The position numbers were made by a program, and so were the translations under genes. The notes beneath the pieces were generated by a model. The model had not been told where the DNA came from and did not search any database. It saw only the letters and a program-made list of their open reading frames with translations. From NCBI GenBank assembly GCA_023898645.1, contig CP060232.1, forward strand, positions 150,001 to 182,000: 32,000 nucleotides of DNA. Direction: 5' to 3'. Positions 1 through 7,834 of this stretch are shown in pieces. Each line of letters begins with the position of its first letter. Position 1 is the first letter of the stretch. This stretch comes from Candidatus Saccharimonadota bacterium. Its GTDB lineage: Bacteria; Patescibacteriota; Saccharimonadia; Saccharimonadales; Saccharimonadaceae.

Positions 1-158
1 ACGGCGTTGGATACGTTTCTGGCGGTCATGTTGGCTTCGCCTTCGGGTGTACGAACGGATAGGCAAGCGGCACGAATACTTTGTAGCAATTTGTCCGTGT
101 CGAACGTTTCGGTTTTGCGCCTACCGGATCTCTTTACTACGTCTACGTAAAGTCCCAT
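1..158 (-). CDS. ATP-cone domain protein, N-terminal fragment (gene continues past the window start)
   Basis: Not in the ORF track because it runs off the window. The reverse-strand ATG at 158-156 overlaps the TAA of the upstream gene (TAATG). My translation is MGLYVDVVKRSGRRKTETFDTDKLLQSIRAACLSVRTPEGEANMTARNVSNAV. This fits the ATP-cone pattern V-x-K-R-x-G-x(2,3)-E-x-F-x(3)-K-[IL] found at the N-termini of ribonucleotide reductases and NrdR-type proteins. Confidence 0.5.
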   Translation of the reverse strand, partial: MGLYVDVVKRSGRRKTETFDTDKLLQSIRAACLSVRTPEGEANMTARNVSNA

Positions 159-925
159 TACTGTGCTCCTATCGTGGAGGCAACGGCCACTGTGAGAACC
201 TGCTCAACGTATACGTAGGCGGCTAAGATGATTAATCCGCTACCGGCAGCAAATTGCAAAAAGCGTTTGTTTGATTCACGCCAGTGTTGAATGCGGCTGA
301 GCTTGTGTCCGCCACCGATCAGTATGCCGACGATCATAAGGGGCAAAATGGCAATGCCTGCGTAGAGTAGGACGCCGAGAAGTTGCCAGTCGGACGACAA
401 TTGTATCAGGACGAGAGCGGCGATAGTCAACGGGGCAAAGGTGAAAAGAAACTCGGCGAAGATGCTGGTGAGTCCCAGGCCGAAAGCTTCTGCTGATTCT
501 TTGGTTGCCTTTGCCCTATCGCCCAAAAAGCGGGCAAAACTGCGAGGGATCCAGAGTGACGTGCCAGATTCATGACGGAAGTAAAATAACCACACGGACA
601 ACCCTACCCCGACTCCCCCGCCGGCGCATGCCGCCCAAACGAGTAGTGGAGTGCGAACGGGTAGGAGGGTGTTGAATGCGAAAGCAATAGAAGACAGAAG
701 TAGGGCAACCATCACGCCAGCGCCTAATATGAAGCTGCCAGTCAGACGCATTAATCGTAGATGCGCTGTCTTGCGGCCGAGCGCATGACCACTCAGCAGG
801 GTCAGCATACTGATACTCAGTTGGAAGCTGGCATGGCATACTGCCGCCAAAAGGACGATGGAGAACGAGGTGAGTAAGTCGAAACCGTGCATGTTTGTTT
901 TTATCCTTTTGCATAATCTTACCAT
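158..925 (-). CDS. polytopic integral membrane protein, function unknown
   Basis: 255-aa ORF with about 6-7 long hydrophobic segments (e.g. LLTSFSIVLLAAVCHA, FILGAGVMVALLLSSIAFAF, LTIAALVLIQL, AGIAILPLMIVGILIGG). The N-terminus is basic (KRIK), consistent with the positive-inside rule. An alternative ATG lies at 892. I recognised no family motif. Confidence 0.7.
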   Translation of the reverse strand: MVRLCKRIKTNMHGFDLLTSFSIVLLAAVCHASFQLSISMLTLLSGHALGRKTAHLRLMRLTGSFILGAGVMVALLLSSIAFAFNTLLPVRTPLLVWAACAGGGVGVGLSVWLFYFRHESGTSLWIPRSFARFLGDRAKATKESAEAFGLGLTSIFAEFLFTFAPLTIAALVLIQLSSDWQLLGVLLYAGIAILPLMIVGILIGGGHKLSRIQHWRESNKRFLQFAAGSGLIILAAYVYVEQVLTVAVASTIGAQ

Positions 926-1043
926 AAGTGTTACGTAGAGGTCAAAATTGATATAAATTCCTCAAAACACTATTGCTTATTTGTAAATTGTATGCTAATA
1001 TAACTTTAGGTTTTGATAAAAACAAAAAAAGGAAAAAATCATA

Positions 1044-1193
1044 ATGACACAAAAATCACAAAGGGTAAGTAAACTTGAGCAGGCACTCGATGCTCTCTCG
1101 CTGGCGACGTGGAATCGGCCTCGTTCAACCAACGAATTACAGGCCTTTTTGAACCGACGCGAAGCCGTTGTTGAAACAGTAGAAGCCGACTAA
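1044..1193 (+). CDS. possible small protein (49 aa), hypothetical
   Basis: Below the track size cutoff. ATG at 1044 is preceded by aaaaaggaaaaaatcata. Translation is MTQKSQRVSKLEQALDALSLATWNRPRSTNELQAFLNRREAVVETVEAD. It is followed by a short hairpin (ctctcc-ttaaa-ggggag) and tttctt. It sits in an otherwise empty 370-nt gap upstream of the GH38 gene. Confidence 0.3.
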   Translation: MTQKSQRVSKLEQALDALSLATWNRPRSTNELQAFLNRREAVVETVEAD

Positions 1194-1296
1194 CAAAAAT
1201 AATTCTGAACGGATGAAGTCTCTCCTTAAAGGGGAGATTTCTTAGTTTGACACAAGTGGTATGATTAAAGGTACAGATAAGTGAGGGGAGGTCGCA

Positions 1297-4056
1297 ATGA
1301 TCGAAATGGTACCACACGAAGATGATCATGGGCATGAGCATCACCACGTGACTGACTATGAACCAAAACCGGACTCTTTCAATGAAGTGGAGCCGATTAA
1401 CCCTGACCTACTCTCTTGGTACCAGCAACAAGACGAAGTAGTTTTTGACGTGGTGCCGCATAGTCATTTGGACTACGCTTGGTATCGTGATCGCGAGGCG
1501 TCAAAGATGCGCGAGATCGAGGCGTTCGTGAAGACTGTCAAAGTTGATCGTTTCACATTGGAGCAGATGATTACCGCCAAAGAATTTGTCGAAGGTGGCG
1601 GCAAGCGAGTTAAAGAAGATTTGCTTGAAATGATTCGTGATGAACGTATGGAGCTGATCGGGCTGTATATCCAGCCGGAAGTATTTCTGAGTCCCGAAGA
1701 GTCGACGTTTTGGAATATTGAATTTGGTCAAAGGGCCGCACGGGAGCTTGGCGGCAATCCATCTAGCGTGGCTTACATACCCGACACGTTTGGATTTCCA
1801 GACACGATGGCGACCATGCTGAAACACGCTGGTGTCGATTCGTTTCTGTTCGAGCGAGGCTTTGAGCAGATTGATACTATCGGAGCTATGTTCATGCTTG
1901 AAGGTCCGGATGGCAGCAAGGTGCTTGCTATGCCGATGCAAGGCGGTTACAGCAATGCCGGGGGACTAACGAGTGTCCATGACGTAGACCGTGAAGCGGT
2001 GTCTGCTGAAAAGTATTATGAGAAGCAAGTTGATTTCGCGACATTGGCTGTCCGGTCACTAATAAATCGCTATGGTCAGCGTTACAAGCAAATCGATATG
2101 CCGCATTTTCTCCTGATGAATGGCAATGACTTTACTAAGCCGGACGAAGATTTACCACGCGTACTCGCTGGCGTACAAGAAAAAATAAGGCAGGAGATAC
2201 CGAACTTTACCATAAAGACGAGTTCGCTCGAAAACTATGCAGAGTTAGTTCAGCGCAGTATCAAGCCTGAGCAGATCAAAACATATGCAGGCGAGATGCG
2301 TTCGGGTAAAGAGCACTTTGTGTTGCGTGGTATTGATTCGGCGCGTATGGAGTTGAAGCAATTTCTGCACAAAGTCGAGTCGAGGATAAACGATGCCGGC
2401 GCGCTGGTGTCGCACGTGTTGCTGGCTCGTAAATATGGGCTAGTCGGGGAGAACGAACATGCGACGTGGCAGCTGGTCGAAGCGTATCAGCGGGCAATAG
2501 AGCAGGTGTTGCCGGTATTATCACACGACACGATTTCGGGCTGTGGTTCTGATAACGCGTATCCCCTGCCCCGTTCGCTTATGACCGGATCGTTCGAAGC
2601 TGCGAATCAAGCTGCTCGTAATGCTATGGCGGCGTTGGCGAATAGGCTAGACACCTATGGTCCGTACCGCCACATTGAGCGCGGACAAAGTTTTGCCAAC
2701 ATGCTGCCAGATGCTCGCACGGCGCTCGTGGAGGTACCAATACAAGGGGATATAGAACATGCGACCGGACTGCGGGCGTTTGTAAGTGTCAATGGCAGGG
2801 AAACTGAGATTCCTGTGCAAATAGTGCAAAAAAGAGATATTCGTTATGCGGTTTGCGCTTTGCCTATGAAAGGTTTCAGCTCGGCCAATGTACGACTTGA
2901 ACCGACAGACAAAGTACAGAACGGGCAGGAGGTACGCACGTTTAATGGATCGTTTGAGAATGAATGTTATACGGTCGATGTGCTACCGAACGGTACGCTG
3001 CACGTCGTAGACAAGCGAAGCGGCGTGGAAGTGAACGGCCTGATATTTGAAGATCAAGGTGACCGTGGCGACGAATATAATTTCTGTCCGGTTGATGGCG
3101 ACGTGGTCCGCACGACGAATGACGGCAAGGCGAGTGTCACGGTTATAAACGACGGGCCAGTATTTACGGAAATCAAAATCGATACGGAACTTGTCGTACC
3201 GAAAAGTTTGGACGCCGAGCAGGGGGCTGATCGCGAAGTTGAAAGCTTGTCTGCCGATATGACGACGATTCCAATAAGCACGAAAGTACGGCTGATTAAG
3301 GGCGTGGACCGTGTTGAATTCTCTACGACTGTCAACAATATGGCTCGTGATCATCGGTTGCGTGTTCGTTTCTCTGCGCCCAACGCAGCAAATACCGTCC
3401 GGGCCAAAGAGCCATATGGCATGACAAGGCGAGAAGCTCTGCCGATAAAGGGTGGTAAGGGCTGGATGGAGCCGCACCCAGTTGCAACGAGTCATCAGCA
3501 GGGGCTTTTGATAGCGGGTGATTTGGCGCTTATGAGTAAAGGTTTGCCGGAATACGAAGCGCATGCAGATGATAATGACATGATAAACGGAGTGTCTCTT
3601 ACCCTACTCCGCAGCGTTGGCTATTTGAGTCGTGGAAACTTGTCCTCGCGGCCGGGTTGGGCGGGGCCGGGTTCGGCAACGCCAGAAGCGCAGTTGATAG
3701 GCGAACATACATTTGAATACGCTATACACACGCGCGGCCGGCAGCGCGACAGCGACGTCATACGCCAGGCGAATGATTACACGCACAAGGCCGAGCACGG
3801 GTTTGAAAAAGCAGTGTTGAATGGAATCATAAACGTCGAAAGCGACGGGGCAGTTATGTCTGCGTTACGACCGACGGCCGATGGCGAAGCGGTACTCGCC
3901 CGCTTTTACAATCCCAGCGATGAGCCGACTGTAGTGAAGCTGAGCGGTGTATTTACGACTGCCGTGAAGTGCGACGCGCTCGGTGAGCCACTTGATGATA
4001 GTGACGCGCATGAGTTTGAGATGCCCAAGGGCATTGTGACGGTGAGATTGAGCTAA
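1297..4056 (+). CDS. glycoside hydrolase family 38 alpha-mannosidase-like protein
   Basis: 919-aa ORF with an RBS gaggggagg 6 nt before the ATG. The N-terminal catalytic hallmarks are VVPHSHLDYAWY (the H-x-H-x-D-x-x-W motif of GH38) and IPDTFGFP (D-x-F-G). Length and architecture are typical of bacterial cytosolic GH38 enzymes. There is no signal peptide. The extreme N-terminus is His-rich (HEDDHGHEHHH). Confidence 0.85.
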   Translation: MIEMVPHEDDHGHEHHHVTDYEPKPDSFNEVEPINPDLLSWYQQQDEVVFDVVPHSHLDYAWYRDREASKMREIEAFVKTVKVDRFTLEQMITAKEFVEGGGKRVKEDLLEMIRDERMELIGLYIQPEVFLSPEESTFWNIEFGQRAARELGGNPSSVAYIPDTFGFPDTMATMLKHAGVDSFLFERGFEQIDTIGAMFMLEGPDGSKVLAMPMQGGYSNAGGLTSVHDVDREAVSAEKYYEKQVDFATLAVRSLINRYGQRYKQIDMPHFLLMNGNDFTKPDEDLPRVLAGVQEKIRQEIPNFTIKTSSLENYAELVQRSIKPEQIKTYAGEMRSGKEHFVLRGIDSARMELKQFLHKVESRINDAGALVSHVLLARKYGLVGENEHATWQLVEAYQRAIEQVLPVLSHDTISGCGSDNAYPLPRSLMTGSFEAANQAARNAMAALANRLDTYGPYRHIERGQSFANMLPDARTALVEVPIQGDIEHATGLRAFVSVNGRETEIPVQIVQKRDIRYAVCALPMKGFSSANVRLEPTDKVQNGQEVRTFNGSFENECYTVDVLPNGTLHVVDKRSGVEVNGLIFEDQGDRGDEYNFCPVDGDVVRTTNDGKASVTVINDGPVFTEIKIDTELVVPKSLDAEQGADREVESLSADMTTIPISTKVRLIKGVDRVEFSTTVNNMARDHRLRVRFSAPNAANTVRAKEPYGMTRREALPIKGGKGWMEPHPVATSHQQGLLIAGDLALMSKGLPEYEAHADDNDMINGVSLTLLRSVGYLSRGNLSSRPGWAGPGSATPEAQLIGEHTFEYAIHTRGRQRDSDVIRQANDYTHKAEHGFEKAVLNGIINVESDGAVMSALRPTADGEAVLARFYNPSDEPTVVKLSGVFTTAVKCDALGEPLDDSDAHEFEMPKGIVTVRLS

Positions 4057-4139
4057 GCTACTAAAAAAATTAAGCCCCGCGTATCGACGCAAGAGCTTAA
4101 TGCTTTGCGGATGGGCGGGGCTAGTAGGGCCGGTGAAAA

Positions 4140-4535
4140 TCAGGTGAGATCTAGTGCGCAAAAGGCGATGGACAAAACACCTAAAGCAAAAAAGACAACT
4201 CGTATAAGCGGCCTGCTGAAGATGCTATACACTTCACTTTCGGGTAAAAAGAGAGTGAATAGTATGCCTACGCCCAATGCGATGCCTAGTACACTTTCGT
4301 ATGTGTACGACGCGGCATAGAGGTAGACGATGAACGCGACAGACACTACGCACCAGTAAATGAGGCTTGCTATGGTCCATGAGCGTTCATTGGCTGTCAG
4401 GTGTTTGCCCCATTCGCCGCGTGAATAAGTTGCGGCACAAAGTGCTAAAACCACTACTAAATCAAATAGTAGGATGGTAAAGATGACGTGCCATACAGTG
4501 GTCACTGAGATCCTCCGGATTGTATGTGGTACCAC
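4140..4535 (-). CDS. small integral membrane protein (about 4 TM), hypothetical
   Basis: 131-aa ORF with four hydrophobic spans (VWHVIFTILLFDLVVVLALCAA, IASLIYWCVVSVAFIVYLY, LGIALGVGILFTLFL, VVFFALGVLSIAFCAL). It is convergent with the GH38 gene. Confidence 0.6.
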   Translation of the reverse strand: MVPHTIRRISVTTVWHVIFTILLFDLVVVLALCAATYSRGEWGKHLTANERSWTIASLIYWCVVSVAFIVYLYAASYTYESVLGIALGVGILFTLFLPESEVYSIFSRPLIRVVFFALGVLSIAFCALDLT

Positions 4536-4607
4536 CTCGAGAAAGGCGATATGGCTTTTCGAGATATATAGATAATAAAATATATTATCTAATAAAGCAA
4601 GAATGGA

Positions 4608-4931
4608 TTAGTCTGCTAACTCGTATCCTACGATGGAATTTTGCTGGTCGGTCAGCTCGAATGTTTTACGGATTGTTCCTTGAGTTTCTAGCTGGTGAAG
4701 CGCCTCGTTGGTGACGTAGTAGGGGTATTGAGAAAATGCAACGAGTTCCATCACGCTAAGGCTGGCGTGGCTTAAAGCTTTCACTATGTCCGCCCGGCTG
4801 GCGTCAATTAGTTCATGGTCTTGGTCGACGAAATTATCTTGTGTATATCGATAGCCTTCATTCATAACTTTAGTGTACAGCAAAGCTATGTAGAGTGCTG
4901 CTACCAAGAGCTCAGCGGAGAGCGTTTCCAC
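4608..4931 (-). CDS. small hypothetical protein immediately downstream of tailspike-like gene A
   Basis: 107-aa ORF with a GTG start at 4931 that overlaps the 3' end of the upstream gene by 31 nt. An alternative ATG at 4865 (MNEGYRY...) would remove the overlap. The product is soluble and helical-looking (ADIVKALSHASLSVMELVAFSQYPYYVTNEALHQLETQGTIRK), possibly a winged-helix-like fold. No confident family assignment. Confidence 0.5.
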   Translation of the reverse strand: METLSAELLVAALYIALLYTKVMNEGYRYTQDNFVDQDHELIDASRADIVKALSHASLSVMELVAFSQYPYYVTNEALHQLETQGTIRKTFELTDQQNSIVGYELAD

Positions 4932-7015
4932 GTATCGGTATCAATGCAGGTATAAATATAATCCGTATCATACGCGATTTGTCCCTTTACTCCAGGAGAC
5001 GATGCAGTAGCTGGTGGCGGTACGTTGGTCGTCGATAATCGCGTGAGATGCTGCCCCTTCCATCTACTGAAATTGTTGGTTGTTAGGCGAATAATATCAA
5101 CGCCGCCTGGTTCTGTGGTAAAAATTGGGTCTTGTCCGTCAATCCATTCGAATTCATAGGTAGAGCCAGCAAATGCAGTTGGTACAAAAAACGGAGCTAC
5201 AAAAATCGCATTTCCACCTGAATCAGGCTGTTTAATCCAGATATCAATCGTATTTACGCCAAATGGCGAATCACCACCCAGTATAGCGGAGGAGCCAGGT
5301 ACGGAGGCCATGGATGTTAAGCCGCCTAGGTCAAGACGCATTCTATACGTACCGGGCGTGGGTTCTAGAGCAAAAATTGAACCGTTTTCGATATAGAATA
5401 CGTATGTTGGATTCGGCGAACCAGGCACTCGCTCAAACACTTCAGTGGCTAGGCCCGCCCCACCAGTAAGGTTTGTTCCATCTATTGTCATCATAGGCAG
5501 GTCTTGTGATGCCAGTGCATTTTTAAACTCTACCGAATATCCGTTCTCGTCTTGGATCACCGAATTGATGTACCTTGCTTGCAAATGATAGACTTGCGAG
5601 TTACCTGCGCCTATAGATGGCAGCGCATCAAGCGCAGCTTGCACCTGAGATACCGTGGCATTGTAAGCTAGCGGAGAAGTTGTACTACCGCTATATGTCA
5701 GTGTAAAGGTACCCCCCGTCGCTTCTGTAATATAAATACCCTGGACTTCCCTTGTGGCGTCTAGATATTGGCCGCCCCGTGCTTGTGACACAAGCTGTAA
5801 TGATTGAAACGACTGTATCGTACCGGTTGAACCCAAGGACGGTGAATTTTTGAGCAAACCACCAAATGCAAACGTCCGAGGCGTAGCGTTACCTGGCTGA
5901 AATTGTGACCCAGAATATGGAATTAAGTTTATAGAACCTGATGCTGTTACCTTTGAGTTGATCTCCCAATAATTACCCGATCCTTGCATGAAATCATAGT
6001 GCGCAGTGCCGCCCGCGGTGCCAGACGTCTCCACGCCAATCTGCAATTCACCAGAGAAGCTGGCGGCATCCGCATCGTCTTTGCCTACACGGAACAGTAC
6101 GCCCGTATTGACACCTCCGACCGTACTCAGCTGACAATTACCGGTAAGCGTGACCGATGCGCCATTCATGGAAACCTTAGACCCGGCCGCACCAGAACGT
6201 AACACAAATGCATGTTGGTCGGGCTGAACGACAAACGATAACCAGTACTGCGAATAATCGAACGATCCGCTCGTCACGTTGCCGGTGTTCGACTCAAATA
6301 CAAAACATTCAGTACATTGATTGACGACGCATTCTATATAGGCACGCTCCGACCAGTATGTTTGGTTGTCACCCCAAAGACCGATACTGCCCGACTGGTT
6401 AAAACCAGATATCTCCACATCGGTGATACGCATACGCCAGATGTCGCCGTATCGGATTCCATAAGTGTTGCTGTTGCCGTTGTTCCATCCCAATATCGTC
6501 AAGCCGTGGGCGCCGCCGGCAGGTTTAGTGCCTGTCGTTGCGAACGTCTTGTTGCGAAATTCTAGGAACGCTCCCGCGCCACGATAATCAATAGACGTCA
6601 GGCCAGAACCCTGACCTAGAATCATTTGCTGCTCTTTTATGCATCTACTCGATGCATCGTTGAGACCGACAAATAACTTGTACGTACCTACACCAAAGAC
6701 GACTGCTCCCGCCTCCGATCCCATCGCCTCGTACGCATCAATAAGTGCTTGATTGGAATCATTGACACCCGTCGGATCTGCTCCGTAATCATCGATAAAA
6801 TACTGCTTTGGCATCGTAACGATGCCGGCATTATTGAGCTTCGTCTGCGTGGCGTTGTCGAGCTTGCTTTCGGTAATAGTGCCGTCTGCGATGCTCGTAG
6901 TTGTAACAACGGTATCTTTGAGCGTACCGTCAGGATTATGTGCCTGTGAAAGAAAATCATTGAGGATAGCACCCCAGGTGCCTGAATCACCGCCAGGGAC
7001 GGGGAGGCGAGACAT
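4901..7015 (-). CDS. tailspike-like protein A: shared N-terminal fibre module + pectate-lyase-like beta-helix + conserved C-terminal knob
   Basis: The track ORF is 4901..7084. I place the start at ATG 7015 (MSRLPVPGGDSGTWGAILNDFLSQAHNPDGTLKD) because all paralogues start at M-[AS]-R-L-P and a ggggg RBS lies 9 nt upstream. YFIDDYGADPTGVNDSNQALIDAYEA...VVFGVGTYKL matches the N-terminal signature of pectate_lyase_3/tailspike beta-helix proteins. The protein is collinear with paralogue B along its whole length. The C-terminus is SSPGVKGQIAYDTDYIYTCIDTDTWKRSPLSSW. Confidence 0.85.
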   Translation of the reverse strand: MSRLPVPGGDSGTWGAILNDFLSQAHNPDGTLKDTVVTTTSIADGTITESKLDNATQTKLNNAGIVTMPKQYFIDDYGADPTGVNDSNQALIDAYEAMGSEAGAVVFGVGTYKLFVGLNDASSRCIKEQQMILGQGSGLTSIDYRGAGAFLEFRNKTFATTGTKPAGGAHGLTILGWNNGNSNTYGIRYGDIWRMRITDVEISGFNQSGSIGLWGDNQTYWSERAYIECVVNQCTECFVFESNTGNVTSGSFDYSQYWLSFVVQPDQHAFVLRSGAAGSKVSMNGASVTLTGNCQLSTVGGVNTGVLFRVGKDDADAASFSGELQIGVETSGTAGGTAHYDFMQGSGNYWEINSKVTASGSINLIPYSGSQFQPGNATPRTFAFGGLLKNSPSLGSTGTIQSFQSLQLVSQARGGQYLDATREVQGIYITEATGGTFTLTYSGSTTSPLAYNATVSQVQAALDALPSIGAGNSQVYHLQARYINSVIQDENGYSVEFKNALASQDLPMMTIDGTNLTGGAGLATEVFERVPGSPNPTYVFYIENGSIFALEPTPGTYRMRLDLGGLTSMASVPGSSAILGGDSPFGVNTIDIWIKQPDSGGNAIFVAPFFVPTAFAGSTYEFEWIDGQDPIFTTEPGGVDIIRLTTNNFSRWKGQHLTRLSTTNVPPPATASSPGVKGQIAYDTDYIYTCIDTDTWKRSPLSSW

Positions 7016-7219
7016 CAGACAATACCCCCGATGTTCTCGAGAAAGGTAGCTCCATGCTTTTTTGTATGCATAAAACCTATGCATGAAAATTTATGGAGAC
7101 GTTGATGCAATTGTTGCTCTACAGCCATATACCCCGAAACTCTTTTGAATGTGTGTGTTGTTCGTTTCTATCTATATCATAAGGGTTATGTGGCCCAGAT
7201 ACAAGGAGGAGTTTATCTC

Positions 7220-7236
7220 GGTAGCGGCGACAGGGA
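7220..7236 (-). repeat. direct copy (16/17 nt) of the 3' end of the adjacent tRNA (possible att-like scar)
   Basis: The plus-strand sequence ggtagcGgcgacaggga at 7220-7236 compares with ggtagcAgcgacaggga at 7409-7425, which is the acceptor 3' strand plus T-stem 3' strand of the tRNA. Both copies have the same orientation and lie 172 nt apart. Confidence 0.5.
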
Positions 7237-7310
7237 CAGCGGTTGAGGCCTTTTTCGTTCGTTTGCTCAAGAAAATGCTTCGCGCTTTCTTTCACTTCAC
7301 TCACTGCACG

Positions 7311-7351
7311 TCCTGTGACTATCGTCAGGCAGGCTGACGATAGTCACAGGA
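7311..7351. other. perfect 18-bp stem / 5-nt loop hairpin downstream of the tRNA
   Basis: tcctgtgactatcgtcag-gcagg-ctgacgatagtcacagga. No U-tract follows on either strand, so it is not a classical intrinsic terminator. Confidence 0.6.
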
Positions 7352-7367
7352 TTATTACTAGTACAAT

Positions 7368-7412
7368 TACCAAAGTAAAACGGCCACTTTGGGTGACCGT
7401 CTTACTTTGGTA
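7368..7412. other. 16-bp (one mismatch) hairpin that includes the tRNA 3' CCA end
   Basis: taccaaagtaaaacgg (7368-7383) pairs with ccgtcttactttggta (7397-7412) around a 13-nt loop. The right arm overlaps the tRNA terminal ACCA. Confidence 0.5.
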
Positions 7413-7484
7413 GCAGCGACAGGGAATGATCCTGTGACCTCGAGCTTATGAGTCTCGCGCTCTAACCAACTGAGCTACGCTGCC
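7408..7484 (-). tRNA. tRNA with anticodon CAU (elongator Met-like; Ile2/lysidine type cannot be excluded), CCA encoded
   Basis: The reverse complement is GGCAGCG-TA-GCTC-AGTTGGTTA-GAGC-G-CGAGA-CTCATAA-GCTCG-AGGTC-ACAGG-ATCATTC-CCTGT-CGCTGCT-ACCA. It folds as a cloverleaf with a standard D-arm and the anticodon loop CU-CAU-AA. Oddities are a G1:U72 pair, an A31/G39 mismatch and an unusual T-loop (ATCATTC instead of TTCRANY). Confidence 0.8.
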
Positions 7485-7580
7485 ATAATATTTAGTTTGT
7501 CGTAAGGTGCAACCGTGCTGGTTTCAATAAATTAGACCAGTTGGTTAGAGCGTCTCGCGAATATTTACGCTCAAGGCTGT

Positions 7581-7599
7581 CCAACTGAGCTACGCTGCC
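7581..7599 (-). repeat. exact 19-nt direct copy of the tRNA 5' end (acceptor + D-arm), not a complete tRNA
   Basis: ccaactgagctacgctgcc occurs at both 7466-7484 (inside the tRNA) and 7581-7599. In addition, cagttggttagagcg at 7538-7552 is an inverted copy of tRNA positions 7458-7472. The upstream copy cannot close an acceptor stem. Confidence 0.6.
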
Positions 7600-7673
7600 T
7601 CGTCGGAATTCACTCGGAGTTCTCGCATCCAAACAAGTTTGAATGCTGGCACTCCTTCGTTATTCCTCCTCTC

Positions 7674-7727
7674 AATTTTACAAACAGCAAGCTTGGTTTG
7701 TAAAATTGGGGGCGAACAAGTTCGCCC
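7674..7727. promoter_or_regulatory. two adjacent perfect inverted repeats in the divergent tRNA/deaminase intergenic region
   Basis: aattttacaaac (7674-7685) and gtttgtaaaatt (7696-7707) form 12-bp arms with a 10-nt spacer containing aagctt. gggcgaac (7710-7717) and gttcgccc (7720-7727) form a second pair. The function (operator or RNA structure) is unknown. Confidence 0.35.
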
Positions 7728-7834
7728 GAACATCACGACTAAACGTCATAAATGCAAAAATTATTGTAACAGATACAGGGCAATATTGCGAGGGTTTGAG
7801 TATGTGTTACTATGGTGCAAAAAGGAGAGAGGGA

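Noticed and set aside
1039-1347. A 102-aa minus-strand ORF spanning the GH38 promoter and start region
   Set aside because: It overlaps the GH38 start and the AT-rich intergenic region. Its composition is implausible and it has no RBS.
7119-7337. Two mutually antisense 61/62-aa ORFs (7119..7304 minus strand, 7149..7337 plus strand)
   Set aside because: They cover the tRNA 3'-end copy and part of the 18-bp hairpin, have no convincing RBS, and give odd products (Cys/Arg/His-rich). The region is more likely non-coding, as the leader or promoter of tailspike A.
7505-7599. A second tRNA gene upstream of the CAU tRNA
   Set aside because: Only the first 19 nt (acceptor 5' strand plus D-arm start) match a tRNA. 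No complementary acceptor 3' strand, anticodon arm or T-arm can be drawn. The rest folds as a hairpin with an inverted D-arm copy.
7643-7834. The N-terminal extension of the deaminase ORF
   Set aside because: It runs through two perfect inverted repeats and encodes low-quality sequence. A canonical aaggag RBS precedes the in-frame GTG at 7835.
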